Under the pieces are notes generated by a model, which was not told the origin of the DNA, did no database searches, and saw nothing but the letters and a program-made list of their open reading frames with translations. Positions 1 to 8,904 of a stretch of DNA of 45,237 nt are shown one piece after another. Both the position numbers and the translations under genes were made by a program. The stretch lies in the NCBI GenBank assembly GCA_031256895.1, contig JAIRPR010000165.1, positions 1 to 45,237 of the forward strand, given 5' to 3'. Position 1 is the stretch's first letter, and the number at the start of each line of letters is the position of its first letter. This stretch comes from Coriobacteriaceae bacterium. GTDB taxonomy: Bacteria; Actinomycetota; Coriobacteriia; Coriobacteriales; Eggerthellaceae.

Positions 1-1
1 T

Positions 2-325
2 ATCTGCTACGCCGGTTCTTTGTTCCTTGTGCTTGCGGGGACCTTCAACATCATCCCCGAAAAGCCCTTCATCTTCATCGTGAGGCTTGTCCTCATAGCG
101 CTCGCGGTAGGCTTTGCAGGCAATGTCCCGGCTCATTTCATCCTGCTGCTGCTGCAGGTCCTGCCCGGGCAGTACCAGCCCGCCCTCTTCTTCTTCGACG
201 GCCTGATAACCGCATTGGCTTACAGCTTCGCCTACTACTTCGTCATCATGGGCTTCGTGGGCGAGACACGCCCTTTATGGGGCAGCAAGGGGGTCGGCGA
301 TGGCCCTGGCGGTCAGGGGAGGTAG
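2..325 (+). CDS. C-terminal part of a hydrophobic (multi-TM) hypothetical protein; the ORF enters from the left window edge
   Basis: The frame is open from nt 2 (no upstream stop inside the window) to TAG 323-325. Third codon positions are strongly G/C-biased (ttc/atc/ctg/ggc/gcc), like the confirmed genes here; the antisense acidic frame is not. The translation is a run of hydrophobic helices (FIFIVRLVLIALAVGFAG, ALFFFDGLITALAYSFAYYFVIMGFVG). No family recognised. The track lists it only from an internal TTG at 20. Confidence 0.4.
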   Translation: MCYAGSLFLVLAGTFNIIPEKPFIFIVRLVLIALAVGFAGNVPAHFILLLLQVLPGQYQPALFFFDGLITALAYSFAYYFVIMGFVGETRPLWGSKGVGDGPGGQGR

Positions 326-595
326 GCAGCCATGGCTGGGTGCGGTTCGCAATGGAGCGGTGACAGGGGCAGCGGTTCGTGATGCTTCCGTGGCAGAACG
401 AGTCGGACAGAACACATATTATTTTCTTAATAAAAAAATGACAATCCAATAGTCTAAAATGGATAAAAAATTGAAAAGATATGCTTGAAAATATGCGCGT
501 TCACATAAAAATATCAGGATTATTGTTGCTGTTTGTGGTATGCTCTACTTAAATGAAACATTTCGCAGGTCACCCAGAAAAAGCATAAGGCAGGT

Positions 596-832
596 ATGAG
601 GATGGGCGCAAGCTACAATAAGCTGTTCAAATTGCTGATCGACAGGAAAATGAAAAAAGGTGAGCTCCAGAGGATGTCTGGCATCAGCGGCACGTCCATC
701 GCCAAGTTGGGTCGGGGCGAAACCGTGAACACGGAGATCCTGATCAAGATATGCCGAGCGTTGAAATGCGACTTTGGCGACATCATGGAGATGGAGCCTG
801 AATCGGGCGATGGCGACGACAGGGGGATATGA
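596..832 (+). CDS. XRE-family (Cro/C1-type) helix-turn-helix transcriptional regulator
   Basis: 78-aa ORF with an HTH_3-like signature (KKGELQRMSGISGTSIAKLGRGETVNTEILIKICRALKCDFGDIM). An AT-rich region (about 400-560) lies upstream. Its stop at 830-832 abuts the GTG/ATG (833/836) of the next gene. Confidence 0.85.
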   Translation: MRMGASYNKLFKLLIDRKMKKGELQRMSGISGTSIAKLGRGETVNTEILIKICRALKCDFGDIMEMEPESGDGDDRGI

Positions 833-2266
833 GTGATGGACATTCAAAAATTTGAATTGATGCTTGCAGTTGGCGAGACCGTCACCGTAGAGTTTAAACG
901 TTGCGGCGGGAGAATAGAATCGGATACCTACGAGACGGTCTGTTCGTTCTTGAACCGCTTCGGTGGGGACATTTACCTTGGGATAGAGGACGACGGCACA
1001 GTCGTCGGCATTCCGAAGAAAGCGGCTCCGGACATCATCAAGAACTTCATCTCGATGATGAACAACCCGGATATCATTTCGCCCACAATCTATCTCGCGC
1101 CGGAAATACTGGAGTATAAGGGCAGGAGAATTGTACATGTCCACATCCCGCCGAGCTCTGAGGTTCATAGCTACAAAAAGGTGATCTTCGACCGAGTGGA
1201 CGACACAGATGTAAAAGTCACGGCAACAGGCCAGATCGCCCAGATGTATATCCGCAAGCAGAACATCTTCGCCGAGAAGAAGGTGTATAAATATGTGCGG
1301 GATGAGGATTTGCGTTTTGACATCCTTCCCCGCGTACGTCAGATGGCGCTGAATCGCGACAACAACCACCCGTGGAAGACGATGAGCGACGCGGAGCTTT
1401 TGCGAAGCGCGGGACTTATCGGCGAGGACAAAGCGACCGGAGAAAGAGGCTACAACCTTGCGGCTGTGATGCTGCTCGGCCGCGACGATGTCATCAAGAA
1501 CATTTCTCCTGCCTACCGGACCGATGCTCTGCTCCGAAAGGTGAACCTTGACCGCTATGACGACAGGCTTATCGTGGAGACGAATCTCATCGACAGCTTT
1601 GACCTGCTCATGGGCTTCGCGAAAAAACATATGCTGGACAAATTCTATCTCGAGGGCGACACGCGAGTCAGCCTGAGCGGCGCTATCGCTCGTGAAATGC
1701 TTGTGAATTGTTTGATGCACAGGGAATTCACGAGCTCCTACATTGCGCAGTTTGTCATTGAAAAGGATAGGATGTACACCGCGAATGCCAACCGCGCCGA
1801 GACGGGCGAGATGATCACGCCGGACAACAACAGGCCGAACCCGAAGAACCCGATCATCGCTTCATTCTTCCGCAACATCTGGTATGCCGACGAGCTTGGC
1901 TCCGGCGTCCGCAACCTTTACCGCTATGGAAAACTCTATTCCGGCAAGACGCCGGAATTGATTGACGGCGACGTGTTCCATATCATCGTGCCCCTGAACG
2001 ACAGCTACTCGTTTGACGCACAGATCGGTAAAGCGCAGAATAAAGCGCAGAATAAAGCGCAATTAAAGCGCAACGATGACTGCGCTTTAATTGAAATGGA
2101 GATAATGGACTACTTGAGAGAACACTCCGGAGCAACTCAAATAGAGATTGCAGGAGCTATTGGCAAATCGCGTAGAACCGTTCAAGATGCGATTGCAGCA
2201 TTAAAAGACAAAAAAATGATTGCGCGCGAAGGCGCGAAAAAGAATGGCCGCTGGGTGGTGAATTAG
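833..2266 (+). CDS. AlbA_2/Schlafen-type DNA-binding domain protein with a RecG-like HATPase_c_4 region and a C-terminal winged HTH (putative regulator/ATP-binding protein)
   Basis: N-terminus ETVTVEFKRCGG...FLNRFGGDIYLGIEDDGTVVGI matches the AlbA_2 (divergent AAA) pattern. The central-to-C-terminal LVNCLMHREF...GSGVRNLYRYGKLYSG resembles the RecG-C-terminal-like ATPase fold. The C-terminal IMDYLREHSGATQIEIAGAIGKSRRTVQDAIAALKDKKMI is a wHTH. An internal 12-nt tandem repeat (KAQN x3) sits at 2030-2074. The true start may be ATG 836. Confidence 0.8.
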   Translation: MMDIQKFELMLAVGETVTVEFKRCGGRIESDTYETVCSFLNRFGGDIYLGIEDDGTVVGIPKKAAPDIIKNFISMMNNPDIISPTIYLAPEILEYKGRRIVHVHIPPSSEVHSYKKVIFDRVDDTDVKVTATGQIAQMYIRKQNIFAEKKVYKYVRDEDLRFDILPRVRQMALNRDNNHPWKTMSDAELLRSAGLIGEDKATGERGYNLAAVMLLGRDDVIKNISPAYRTDALLRKVNLDRYDDRLIVETNLIDSFDLLMGFAKKHMLDKFYLEGDTRVSLSGAIAREMLVNCLMHREFTSSYIAQFVIEKDRMYTANANRAETGEMITPDNNRPNPKNPIIASFFRNIWYADELGSGVRNLYRYGKLYSGKTPELIDGDVFHIIVPLNDSYSFDAQIGKAQNKAQNKAQLKRNDDCALIEMEIMDYLREHSGATQIEIAGAIGKSRRTVQDAIAALKDKKMIAREGAKKNGRWVVN

Positions 2267-2544
2267 CGGCCACGAGGACATCTTATGCGCACTTGAAGCG
2301 TTGCCTGAAAACCCGGCACAGCCTTGTATCGTGCTGTAAGCTGATTCGACGATGAATCCTGAATCCAAGGAACCAAAAGGCGGAACGAACAGGGAAAGTG
2401 AAAATAGGGGGTACGGCCATGGCTGGGACATCGGTTCGTTACGCTGCCATGGCTGAGGCTGTGGTTGTCTCTGCTCTAACCTTTGGACCCCCAACCAGCC
2501 CGTTCGCGTACCGGGAAATATTGATACTATGGATTTCCTCATGG

Positions 2545-2555
2545 TATGGTATACT
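2545..2555 (+). promoter_or_regulatory. Possible extended -10 promoter element (TGgTATACT) for rpsA
   Basis: TATGGTATACT lies about 165 nt upstream of the rpsA start. The identical 11-mer recurs at 4498-4508 upstream of the methyltransferase gene. No convincing -35 element. An 11-mer match can arise by chance in 45 kb. Confidence 0.3.
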
Positions 2556-2717
2556 ATCTGGGCTTGTAGGAAAATACGTGCAGGCACCGTAATTATAGGC
2601 CCCCGAGACATGTTTGTTATCACACCTAAGGAAAGCTTAACCGTATAAGCGAACATGGTAGACGAAGCAAGCAACCATGACGAAGGGTCCCCGAATTAGT
2701 GTTGAAAGGGGTCCGTT

Positions 2718-4229
2718 TTGACCGAAATTAAGAACACGTCTGTTATCGAGTTCGAAGATGTCTCTGATGAGCAGATGAATCAGATGATTGATGGCACTTT
2801 GACCGAATTCGACGAAGGCGATCTGGTTGATGGCATGGTCGTGAAGATCGAGCACGATGAAGTCCTGGTGGATATCGGCTTCAAGAGTGAAGGCGTCATC
2901 CCTGCGCGGGAGCTTTCCATACGCAAGGATGCAGACCCTTCCGAGATCGTCAGCATCGGCGATAAGATAGAGGCCTTGGTCTTACAGAAGGAAGACAAGG
3001 ACGGGCGCCTCATCCTTTCCAAGAAGCGCGCCGAATACGAACGTGCGTGGATCCAGGTGGAAGACAAGTTCAAGGCAGGCGAAGTGGTCGTCGGCGAGGT
3101 CATCGAGGTCGTCAAGGGCGGCCTGATCCTGGACATCGGCCTGCGCGGCTTCTTGCCGGCATCCTTGGTAGACCTGCGGCGTGTCAAGGATCTTGACATG
3201 TACATGGGCACCGAGGTAGAGGCACGTGTCATCGAAATGGACCGCAACCGCAACAACGTGGTGCTTTCGCGTCGCGTGTTGCTGGAGGAAGGCCGCAAGA
3301 ACGAACGCGCCGAGATACTCGCGAAGCTCACCAAAGGCATGCGCCTCAAGGGCACTGTTTCCTCTATCGTCGATTTCGGTTCCTTCGTGGACCTGGGCGG
3401 TATCGATGGCCTGGTGCATATCTCCGAGCTTTCCTGGAACCACGTCAACCATCCTTCCGAAGTGGTCAAAGTTGGCGACGAGGTCGAGGTCGAGGTCTTG
3501 GATGTCGATCTTTCCCGCGCGCGCATCTCGCTGGGTCTCAAGCAAACGACCGAAGATCCCTGGATGCGTTTGGTTGAAGCCTATCCGCTGGGCAGTATTG
3601 CCGATGGAAAGGTCACCAAGATAGTCCCCTTCGGTGTGTTCATCGAGCTGAGCGAGAGCGTCGAAGGGCTGGTGCACATCTCTGAGATGTCCCTAAGGCA
3701 TATCGAGTCTCCTGCCCAGGTGGTTCACGTTGGCGATGAGGTCAAAGTGAAGATCATGGAGGTCAACCCCGAACGTCGGCGCATCTCGCTTTCTATGAAG
3801 GCGGCTGCCGAGGATTTGGGCATTGACATTCCGATTGATGAGAACTACGTCGCCGAAGAGAAGCCGCTCCGGAAGAAAGGCGAAGGAGCAGGCAGGGATG
3901 GCGCAAAGGGCACAGCCAAGGCAGGTACAAAGGCCGCCGAGGCTGCTGAGGCTGCAGAAGTTGCCGAGGCCGTAGAGGCTGTCGTGGCCGTAGAAGATGC
4001 TGAGCCAGTCGAAGCAGAAGGAGCTACCCCCTCTGCGGCTGAGCCTGCAACCGAGGATGCAGAAGCCCCAGAAGCTGCACCGGTAGCAGAGGAAGCACCC
4101 GCGGCCGAGGCGGTTGAAACGCCTGTGGATGAGCCTGAGCCGATTGCCGAGGAAGCCTCCGAAGCTCCCCTCGAGCCAGAAGCTCCTGCTGCTGCCCCAG
4201 AAGCCGAGGAAGCGCCCGCAGCCGAGTAA
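2718..4229 (+). CDS. rpsA: 30S ribosomal protein S1
   Basis: 503-aa ORF (TTG start preceded by AAAGGGG) with repeated S1 domains (DLVDGMVVKIEHDEVLVDIGFKSEGVIP; VVGEVIEVVKGGLILDIG.RGFLPASL; LKGTVSSIVDFGSFVDLGGIDGLVHISE; ADGKVTKIVPFGVFIEL..VEGLVHISE). Ends in a roughly 120-aa Ala/Glu/Pro-rich acidic tail. Confidence 0.95.
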   Translation: MTEIKNTSVIEFEDVSDEQMNQMIDGTLTEFDEGDLVDGMVVKIEHDEVLVDIGFKSEGVIPARELSIRKDADPSEIVSIGDKIEALVLQKEDKDGRLILSKKRAEYERAWIQVEDKFKAGEVVVGEVIEVVKGGLILDIGLRGFLPASLVDLRRVKDLDMYMGTEVEARVIEMDRNRNNVVLSRRVLLEEGRKNERAEILAKLTKGMRLKGTVSSIVDFGSFVDLGGIDGLVHISELSWNHVNHPSEVVKVGDEVEVEVLDVDLSRARISLGLKQTTEDPWMRLVEAYPLGSIADGKVTKIVPFGVFIELSESVEGLVHISEMSLRHIESPAQVVHVGDEVKVKIMEVNPERRRISLSMKAAAEDLGIDIPIDENYVAEEKPLRKKGEGAGRDGAKGTAKAGTKAAEAAEAAEVAEAVEAVVAVEDAEPVEAEGATPSAAEPATEDAEAPEAAPVAEEAPAAEAVETPVDEPEPIAEEASEAPLEPEAPAAAPEAEEAPAAE

Positions 4230-4335
4230 AGCCTAAGCGTCAGAAGGCTGTTGCGCAAGGACCCGGCAGATTCCAGCAGGCGGTAAAACCGGCGTGGGTC
4301 GACCCCAGAAAACAACACCATAACCCGATTGAAAA

Positions 4336-4362
4336 GGGATTCCGTAAAAGGAATCCCTTTTT
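4336..4362 (+). terminator. Rho-independent terminator downstream of rpsA
   Basis: Perfect 8-bp stem GGGATTCC (4336-4343) / GGAATCCC (4350-4357), loop GTAAAA, followed by TTTTT (4358-4362). Confidence 0.7.
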
Positions 4363-4497
4363 CGGTCCAGGAAGGACGACCCTCGCCCTTGCGGCCGTCA
4401 GTCCTTTCGGCTGTATGCTTCCTAAGGAAGCCGCCTATGGTTCGCAGAAGCTTGAGTTTACCGGTTGTGTTTCGCTTCGCAATTGTTGTGAACAGCG

Positions 4498-4508
4498 TAT
4501 GGTATACT
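4498..4508 (+). promoter_or_regulatory. Possible extended -10 promoter element (TGgTATACT) for the methyltransferase/HNH cassette
   Basis: TATGGTATACT lies 55 nt upstream of ATG 4563, the same 11-mer as upstream of rpsA. No clear -35 element. Confidence 0.3.
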
Positions 4509-4562
4509 GTTCTTCTCTTGCCGGTCCCACAAGGAACAGCAAGCTTCCCGCTCAAAAGATGA

Positions 4563-5642
4563 ATGTACCAACAAGAAACAGTGATTCAGGGCGCTTTCGG
4601 TAACGAGTGGCTGCAAAACGAAACCTTAATGAGAAAGATGATGTCAAAATCCGCTTATCTTCATAAAGAACCAAACGAAACCTTGAGGTCAATCGAGATA
4701 TGCGCAGGGGCTGGCGGTCAGGCTCTCGGGTTGGAGCAGGCTGGTTTTTCACCTGTAGCACTGATAGAGGTCGATCATCTTGCCTGTGAGACTTTGAGGA
4801 AGAACCGTCCAGAATGGAATGTGATCGAAAGTGACGTCAATGCCTTCACGGTCAGGAATTACCAAAACATCGACCTTCTAGCCGGGGGGGTTCCCTGCCC
4901 ACCTTTCTCGATTGCGGGCAAACAGCTCGGACAAGCCGACGATCGCGATCTTTTTCCTTCAGCGTTGCGCCTTGTCCAAGAATGCCACCCAAAGGCTGTG
5001 ATGCTAGAGAATGTACGAGGATTGTTCTCTGCAAAATTCGACAGTTATCGAAAGGACATAGGAGAAAGGCTTACACGGCTTGGATATGAATGCTTCTGGC
5101 AGCTTATCGAAGCCAGTAATTATGGCGTTCCTCAAAGAAGAACGCGTTCGGTATTGGTTGCTGTCCGGCATGAGTATGCCCCCTTTTTCAGATGGCCAAC
5201 AGAAAACGCAGTACCCCCGCATACGGTCGGTGATGTCTTGTTGCCCATGATGAAGAATAATGGATGGGAAGGCGCTGAGTCTTGGGCGAAGAATGCGAAT
5301 GGATTGGCACCCACGATAGTGGGCGGTTCGAAGAAGCATGGTGGGGCCGATCTTGGGCCTACCCGTGCGCGGATGGCTTGGGAGAAAATGGGGGTCGATG
5401 GTCGCGGTATAGCCGATGAGCCCCCTGTCCGAGGGTTTCAGGGGAATCCAAGACTAACGGTTCAGATGGCAGGAATCCTTCAAGGGTTTCCGCCCGAATG
5501 GGAATTCGCAGGAAAAAAGACCCCTGCATACAGGCAAGTTGGAAATGCGTTTCCCCCGCCAGTCGCAAAAGCAATCGGCGCAGCAATAAGGGGGGCGATA
5601 GAAGCGGCACATACGACTTCCTATGAGAAGAGGGCAGGATGA
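4563..5642 (+). CDS. DNA (cytosine-5)-methyltransferase
   Basis: Canonical C5-MTase motifs in order: I EICAGAGGQALG, IV GGVPCPPFS, VI ENVRGL, VIII QRRTR, X YRQVGNAFPPPV. Start is uncertain (ATG 4563, 4629, 4638 or 4641; none has a strong SD). Confidence 0.9.
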   Translation: MYQQETVIQGAFGNEWLQNETLMRKMMSKSAYLHKEPNETLRSIEICAGAGGQALGLEQAGFSPVALIEVDHLACETLRKNRPEWNVIESDVNAFTVRNYQNIDLLAGGVPCPPFSIAGKQLGQADDRDLFPSALRLVQECHPKAVMLENVRGLFSAKFDSYRKDIGERLTRLGYECFWQLIEASNYGVPQRRTRSVLVAVRHEYAPFFRWPTENAVPPHTVGDVLLPMMKNNGWEGAESWAKNANGLAPTIVGGSKKHGGADLGPTRARMAWEKMGVDGRGIADEPPVRGFQGNPRLTVQMAGILQGFPPEWEFAGKKTPAYRQVGNAFPPPVAKAIGAAIRGAIEAAHTTSYEKRAG

Positions 5643-6247
5643 CGAGAATTGGGGCACGGACAAGACTGCGCGCATACTTCCTTGAGCATGTGGGCGAAGT
5701 ATTGGAATCGGATGCATTACGAGAGGTCGCGGGGGTCAGTGAATGGGCTCGGCGCGTAAGAGAGCTTCGCAATGAAGAAGGTCTTGATATTCTTACCCAT
5801 AACGACAGATCGGACTTAAAGCCGGGTCAATACATACTTGCCAACACAAAGCCAAGGCCAGCCTTTCCCCGAACATTCAGCAAAGAGACCAGGGCATATG
5901 TCCTAGACAGGAACGGATTCACCTGTCAGATGTGCGGTGCGGTCGCTGGTGAGCCACACCCATACGATCCTTCGCGAAAAACAAGATTACATATAGGCCA
6001 CATAATCGATAAAAGTGTCGGGGGAACGGATGACCCCTCGAATCTGAGGGCATTATGCAGCGTTTGCAATGAAGGCGCTGCAAACCTGACGCTCGATAGA
6101 CCGTCGCACGAAAAGCTTCTCATTCAAATACGTCGGGCAACTGCAAACGACCAGCTTGAGGTCTTGAAATGGCTCTGCCGAAAATTCCCCACCCAAACCA
6201 AGGCCTTCATCAATAATCAGCGAGATTATTTCGCCTCTGGTATATAG
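5639..6247 (+). CDS. HNH-family endonuclease (probable restriction partner of the adjacent methyltransferase)
   Basis: HNH/beta-beta-alpha-Me signature CQMCG...HIGHIIDKSVGGTDDPSNLRALCSVCN. Its ATG overlaps the methyltransferase stop (ATGA at 5639-5642), indicating translational coupling. Confidence 0.85.
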   Translation: MTRIGARTRLRAYFLEHVGEVLESDALREVAGVSEWARRVRELRNEEGLDILTHNDRSDLKPGQYILANTKPRPAFPRTFSKETRAYVLDRNGFTCQMCGAVAGEPHPYDPSRKTRLHIGHIIDKSVGGTDDPSNLRALCSVCNEGAANLTLDRPSHEKLLIQIRRATANDQLEVLKWLCRKFPTQTKAFINNQRDYFASGI

Positions 6248-6380
6248 CCGGGCTTCGTTCTCCTGCAGCTGACGAGCGCCCTATGGTACATGGCTCGATG
6301 GGGCGCTGGTCATCGACTTCGTGTCAGACCGCGAGGCAGCCCTTGCAACCCATGGCAAGCTTCGTTTGAAGAGGGAATGT

Positions 6381-8264
6381 TCATCCCTCGCTGGGGGCTT
6401 CATCGGTGGCGGTGCCTGCATCTGCACCTTCAAGGGCTCCTTCGCTGCCGCCTGAGGTGCCGTCTTGTACAGGAAGCGGCAGGCCGGTAGCTTGGCGCAC
6501 CATCTCTACATAGACCTGTGCCCCTTCTTCAGTGAGGTGGGTGCCATCGCCATCGAAGAGGCTGTCCTTGTCGGCCGAAAGCGAGAACCAATCGATGAGA
6601 TGCACGTTGGCATAGCGCTCGGCCGCCCGTGCCAAGGTCTCGTTGGTGCCGGTCACCCAGTTCTGCGGGCTGCGGGTGTTGACCAGGTAGATGCTCTTCT
6701 CAAGCCCTACGGCTTCGACAAGCTCATCAATCTGCTCATCGATGACCGGGCTGTTGGTGCCTAAGGCAAAGACCACAATGTTGCCGACCTCCCCGAACGC
6801 GTAATAGTAGTCGTAGACCTCCACACCTTCCCAGATCTGGCGGTTGACCGCAGAATCGATTACCCCGTTGGGGAAGGTGGCCTCGAAATAGGGGATCGCC
6901 CTCATCGAGACAGAATCCCCGATAAGCACTATGTCAAGCACCCGTTTGGGAATTGCCGGATCGGCATCCTTGGTGGGAGGCACATAGGTCGTGCCCCGTT
7001 GCTCCATGGCATCCAGGTCGGCGACGGCCGAGACCGAAGGTATGGCAACAAAACAGGCGACTGAGGCTGCCACCAGCACCCCCGCAGCACAAAAAGGAAC
7101 GATGCGGTTACGTAAGTAGCCAGCCAGGCTGAAAGACCCGGACCGAAGCCCGCGCAGGAGCCGTCCGATAGCTCCTTTTCGGATAGGGTCTTCAATGAAG
7201 CGGAAGGAAAAGGCCGCACAGGCCAGGATGACAGCCAGCTCGATGAGGTAGTACCACCAGGCAGTCTCGCCCGTGAAGTTGCTGGGCGTCATGAGCAGGG
7301 TGATGGGGTAATGCCACAGGTATATGCCGTAGGATCGCTTCCCTATCCAGACCAGGGGGTATACAGCCGCAGCCTTGCCCAGCACACTGGTGGGGTGTAC
7401 CATGACCGCAATAACCACGGCGGTCAGCAGCGAAGCCAAAAGGACGCCTCCCCGGTACATGAAGGGCGAAAAGCCATCCACGAAACCCACCATGGCAAAC
7501 AGACCGACCAAGGCAGCAATGCCTACGCCGTCGAAGACCACGCGCACGGGGCGTGAGAGGTTGAAGTCATGGGCGTGGGCAAGCTGGTTGCTGGGCCAGG
7601 CAAAAGCAAGGACCGCCCCGATCAAGAGCGAGAAGGCACGGGTGTCGGTGCCATAATAGACACGGCTGGGGTCGGCATTGGGGTTATAGAAGAACGCCAT
7701 GAGCAGGACCGAGACCAGCGCGATGACCAAAGATATACGGGTGAACACCTTCCGCTTCGCACCCAGCCCAAAGAAGATGGCCATGAACACCGGCCATACC
7801 AGGTAGAACTGTTCCTCGATGGCAAGCGACCAGAAATGCGTGAGGGGGGAAGGCGCACCCAGTGTCTCGAAGTACGAGACATCGCGGAATATGTACCACC
7901 AGTTGCTGTAAAAGAAGAGGGCAGGAGGCGTATCGGGGCGCATCTTGGTCAGCAGGTCGTGGTTGAAGATGGCGCACAGAACCGTAATACAGACCAGCAA
8001 GAACACAATAGCCGGCACCAGGCGTTTGACGCGGCGCAACCAAAAGGCCTTCAGGTCGATTGACTTTGTGCGGCTCCATTCGGCAAGCAACAGGCTGGTT
8101 ATCAGATAGCCGGACAAGACGAAGAACACCGTCACCCCCAGCAAGCCACCGGGTGCCCACACAAACCCGAAGTGGTAGGCAATGACCGCAAGCACGGCGA
8201 ATGCGCGGAGCCCATCCAAAGCAGGTATGTAACGGGTCTTGGGACCCGGTTGTGGCTGAGCCAC
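6381..8264 (-). CDS. Acyltransferase family 3 (OafA/YrhL-like) membrane protein with a C-terminal SGNH/GDSL domain
   Basis: N-terminus LDGLRAFAVLAVIAYHF...FFVLSGYLITSLLLAEW followed by about 10 hydrophobic helices. The C-terminal domain has LIGDSVS (GDS block) and DGTHLT (DxxH block). Confidence 0.9.
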   Translation of the reverse strand: MAQPQPGPKTRYIPALDGLRAFAVLAVIAYHFGFVWAPGGLLGVTVFFVLSGYLITSLLLAEWSRTKSIDLKAFWLRRVKRLVPAIVFLLVCITVLCAIFNHDLLTKMRPDTPPALFFYSNWWYIFRDVSYFETLGAPSPLTHFWSLAIEEQFYLVWPVFMAIFFGLGAKRKVFTRISLVIALVSVLLMAFFYNPNADPSRVYYGTDTRAFSLLIGAVLAFAWPSNQLAHAHDFNLSRPVRVVFDGVGIAALVGLFAMVGFVDGFSPFMYRGGVLLASLLTAVVIAVMVHPTSVLGKAAAVYPLVWIGKRSYGIYLWHYPITLLMTPSNFTGETAWWYYLIELAVILACAAFSFRFIEDPIRKGAIGRLLRGLRSGSFSLAGYLRNRIVPFCAAGVLVAASVACFVAIPSVSAVADLDAMEQRGTTYVPPTKDADPAIPKRVLDIVLIGDSVSMRAIPYFEATFPNGVIDSAVNRQIWEGVEVYDYYYAFGEVGNIVVFALGTNSPVIDEQIDELVEAVGLEKSIYLVNTRSPQNWVTGTNETLARAAERYANVHLIDWFSLSADKDSLFDGDGTHLTEEGAQVYVEMVRQATGLPLPVQDGTSGGSEGALEGADAGTATDEAPSEG

Positions 8265-8284
8265 GGCAAGTCTCCTTCTCCATT

Positions 8285-8582
8285 ATGCAATCGAGCGGCT
8301 TCGCTTGATGGTTCCAAGCCAAGGCTGCCATGCCTGATGGCACGGTAACCAGACATGCAATCTGGCGGCTTCGCTTGAGGGTTCCAAGCCTCTATTCGGC
8401 CTTTTCGCCCCCAGAGCGCCCGCTCTGTTTCAACCACAGTGGGCCCTATTCGGCTGCCACGTAACGGGCTTCGGGGCAGGTTCCTTGACCCAAACCCTTC
8501 GGATCCATCAAGGCCACATCAGTGCCGTCTGTCAGCACGGTCTTGATGGTTCCTTGACCTAAACCATCGAATCCGTCAAAAC
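8285..8582. repeat. Degenerate direct repeats in the 640-bp spacer upstream of the acyltransferase gene
   Basis: A 36-nt unit ATGCAATCgaGCGGCTTCGCTTGAtGGTTCCAAGCC occurs at 8285-8320 and 8355-8390 (period 70). A related unit GGTTCCTTGACCyAAACC...TCAA starts at 8479 and 8548 (period 69). The core GGCTTCG..GA.GGTTCC..G.CC is recognisable four times (ending 8320, 8390, 8490, 8559). Confidence 0.8.
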
Positions 8583-8738
8583 CCCTGCTTGCAAGACAAG
8601 CGAAAGCTAAAACGTAATTATAGTACCATTTGGATGCCTTCAATGAAACAAGATGACCACAGAAACAGAATTGCAGGTGAACGTTGGATGAATGATTCAA
8701 GGGCTCCGGTCAGCTAGGCGTTGCGTGGGTCAACCGAG

Positions 8739-8780
8739 AAAAAAATGCCCTGGTCTGAAGCGGATAGCTCCAGACCAGGG
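8739..8780 (-). terminator. Rho-independent terminator downstream of the flavoprotein gene (minus strand)
   Basis: 10-bp stem CCCTGGTCTG (8748-8757) / CAGACCAGGG (8771-8780). On the minus strand the stem is followed by a T-run (plus-strand A-run 8739-8745). Confidence 0.6.
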
Positions 8781-8904
8781 ACGATTGGTGCAGGCTTTTC
8801 GGTGTTGCGCGAAGCACTGGTGCAAATCGGCTGTTCGCGCCAGCCGCTCAACCCGCAGGTCAGACTGGCTGTTCAGAGCGTTTTTAAGCCAAGGAGGCCA
8901 TGCC

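Noticed and set aside
1-136. Acidic minus-strand partial ORF (MSRDIACKAYRERYEDKPHDEDEGLFGDD...) running off the left edge.
   Set aside because: Its third-codon-position G+C is only about 50%, whereas the overlapping plus-strand hydrophobic frame shows the strong GC3 bias of real genes in this genome. I kept the plus-strand frame, at low confidence.
545-1720. 391-aa minus-strand ORF covering the XRE and AlbA_2 genes.
   Set aside because: It shows no recognisable domain, and it is antisense to two ORFs with clear HTH and AlbA_2 signatures.
328-2440. Direct repeats GCCATGGCTGGG....CGGTTCG at 330-352 and 2416-2438 bracket the XRE/AlbA_2 cassette and could be att sites.
   Set aside because: Only a 12-mer plus a 7-mer match. 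By rough estimate, dozens of 12-mer coincidences are expected by chance in a 45-kb window. No integrase gene is present.
8446-8700. 84-aa minus-strand ORF in the long acyltransferase-flavoprotein spacer.
   Set aside because: It is built largely from the GGTTCCTTGACC direct repeats. It has no SD or motif and lies upstream of a terminator belonging to the neighbouring gene.
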